Source: Dehalococcoidales bacterium (lineage in GTDB: Bacteria; Chloroflexota; Dehalococcoidia; Dehalococcoidales; UBA1222). Taken from it: a stretch of DNA of 64,000 nucleotides. The translations under genes and the position numbers were made by a program. Shown one piece after another: positions 62,609 through 64,000 of this stretch. Position 1 is the first letter of the stretch. Each line of letters opens with the position of its first letter. The notes under the pieces were generated by a model. The model was not told where the DNA came from and ran no database searches. It saw nothing but the letters and a program-made list of their open reading frames with translations. Location of the stretch: assembly GCA_016286345.1 (NCBI GenBank), contig JAEESL010000001.1, forward strand, positions 50,219-114,218. The letters run 5' to 3'.

Positions 62609-62648
62609 AAAAAACCGATCCGGGATGGGGTGCTTGGACCGGTTTTTT
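62609..62648. terminator. Bidirectional rho-independent terminator
   Basis: aaaaaaccgatcc ... ggaccggtttttt, a stem with one mismatch, between convergent genes. Confidence 0.65.
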
Positions 62649-62692
62649 GTATATGTATCTAAGGCAAGACACATGATGTCCCGCATGCAGGA

Positions 62693-63940
62693 TCATTCTT
62701 CATCCGTCTTTTTTTCTGAAGTCCATTGGAGTATAAAGCAAAACACGCAGCATACTGCAAGCGCAGCGGCAGAGGTCCAGAATATCATCTGATAACCGTT
62801 TTCAGGATGCGTATCGATAACGTTTCCGCCTACTTTATAGTAAAAAGCATCGGGAGCATATCCCATGAAACTTATCAGCCCGGCTGCACTTCCCATCTGC
62901 CTGATACTCAGCCCGGATTCAACAGCACTTGCCATCGAAATGGTCCGCATCCCATGGACCAGCAGCCATGTAACAAAAGTACATGCCACGATAGGCACCA
63001 CGAGCGACACATTATTGGACAGACAGATCAGGATCAGTAAGAAAACAACTCCTATCGCGCCGTATGCGATCATTATCTTTTTTGAAGAGAAATATTTGTC
63101 TGCTATCCATCCCGTAAATACAGTGAAAGGAATACTCAGTATCGTCCCGCGCAGGAAATTCAACCATATGACATTCGACTGGGAAATACCCAGTATCTCA
63201 TTCATATAAGGAGTGTAATATGTCGATCCCGATACCACGATGTAGCTGGAGAATAAGATCATCCCGACCAGCCATACCCGCTTATCAGATATAGTCTTCT
63301 TAATGTGTAACAGCGGATCAGAAGTCGATCTGGACATTTCAATATAACGGTCATATAGATGTGATTTACTGCAGAAGATAATAAGCATCACCAGCATCAG
63401 ACCGACATACAGGATGATCAATGCCCTGAACGCCAGTCTGGGATCATATTCGAGCCATTCGGCGAGAAGCACCGAAAGAAAAGTAATGATACAAAGAGAT
63501 CCGGCCTGTATCGCGCTTGCGATACTGAAGGACGATGCCCTTCCCATGTCAGTACCTATCGAGGCAGTGAGCTTCGTTCCAACCGGATAGAAAGTCATGA
63601 TCGATACGATACCGAACAATGCAAAAACCACCACCAAGACAGGGAAGGACGGTATGAAAGCCAGTATGCATCCAAGCAACACAGTACCGATGAATGAAAA
63701 GATAATGAGTTTTTTCGGATCGATGAAATCGGCGATCCACCCTCCGATCAGATATGAGACCATTGCAACGATCCCATATACGCTCCACATCATCCCCAGT
63801 TGTTCATGAGTCAGTCCCAATGCAGACTGGATAAGCGTATAAAAGGTTGTCCTCATATAAATGAAGTTATACAGAGTTGCGTTTGCAACTGCCAGCAACA
63901 GAAGCGCAAGGAAATCTTTATGTTTTCTGACGCTTACCAC
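62693..63940 (-). CDS. MFS transporter
   Basis: 415 aa with about 12 hydrophobic segments in a 6+6 arrangement around a central loop. Confidence 0.75.
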   Translation of the reverse strand: MVSVRKHKDFLALLLLAVANATLYNFIYMRTTFYTLIQSALGLTHEQLGMMWSVYGIVAMVSYLIGGWIADFIDPKKLIIFSFIGTVLLGCILAFIPSFPVLVVVFALFGIVSIMTFYPVGTKLTASIGTDMGRASSFSIASAIQAGSLCIITFLSVLLAEWLEYDPRLAFRALIILYVGLMLVMLIIFCSKSHLYDRYIEMSRSTSDPLLHIKKTISDKRVWLVGMILFSSYIVVSGSTYYTPYMNEILGISQSNVIWLNFLRGTILSIPFTVFTGWIADKYFSSKKIMIAYGAIGVVFLLILICLSNNVSLVVPIVACTFVTWLLVHGMRTISMASAVESGLSIRQMGSAAGLISFMGYAPDAFYYKVGGNVIDTHPENGYQMIFWTSAAALAVCCVFCFILQWTSEKKTDEE

Positions 63941-64000
63941 AGGCCAATTCTCTTTATTGCATCATTGATTGTCAATAAAAGAATAACTTAATAACCCCCA

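Noticed and set aside
1-64000. A search for CRISPR arrays, tRNA/rRNA genes, retron/DGR-like repeats and long direct duplications.
   Set aside because: I saw no regularly spaced repeat-spacer structure, no cloverleaf-like or rRNA-like conserved segments, and no template/variable repeat pairs. The only tandem repeats are the coding 27-nt units at 28618-28727.

Overview
A 64-kb chromosomal window from an AT-rich bacterium. It reads as bacterial because of the ribD-ribE-ribBA-ribH operon behind an FMN riboswitch, hairpin plus T-run terminators and AGGAGG Shine-Dalgarno sites; I cannot assign a taxon by eye. About 62 protein genes are supported. No rRNA, tRNA or CRISPR array was seen.

Layout:
- 1-6.3 kb: kinase genes, a carbohydrate-type ABC importer and a GDPD-family phosphodiesterase.
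- 6.3-10 kb: miscellaneous small genes.
- 10.1-13.8 kb: FMN riboswitch and riboflavin operon.
- 13.9-15.7 kb: macrodomain plus SirTM-type sirtuin pair.
- 18.7-21.4 kb: an islet that looks richer in G+C (HTH protein, HMA metallochaperone-like protein, ZIP transporter, methyltransferase gene scrap, class II Fic protein).
- 21.6-27.9 kb: housekeeping genes (stand-alone GuaA ATP-PPase, TsaC-RpiB fusion, M20 peptidase, LeuA).
- 29.4-32.4 kb: amidohydrolase and alanine/cation symporter.
- 32.5-43.6 kb: a translationally coupled nuoABCDHIJKLMN operon with no nuoEFG.
- 45.7-62.6 kb: accessory region with two paralogous Tat-signal/lipobox XDH/PaoABC-family molybdoenzyme operons. Each is followed by a convergent gene of an unrecognised family. 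An IS1634-like element separates the two operons, and a TetR-N/LysR-C-like fused regulator and a tandem retropepsin-like protein flank them.

Most interesting observations:
1. nuoI (645 aa) carries a ~470-aa GltD/NfnB-like FAD/NAD(P)H module inserted between its two 4Fe-4S motifs. This may be a built-in electron-input module replacing NuoEFG.
2. The molybdoenzyme operon plus orphan gene appears as a duplicated module.

All family calls come from motifs read by eye. No database search was run.
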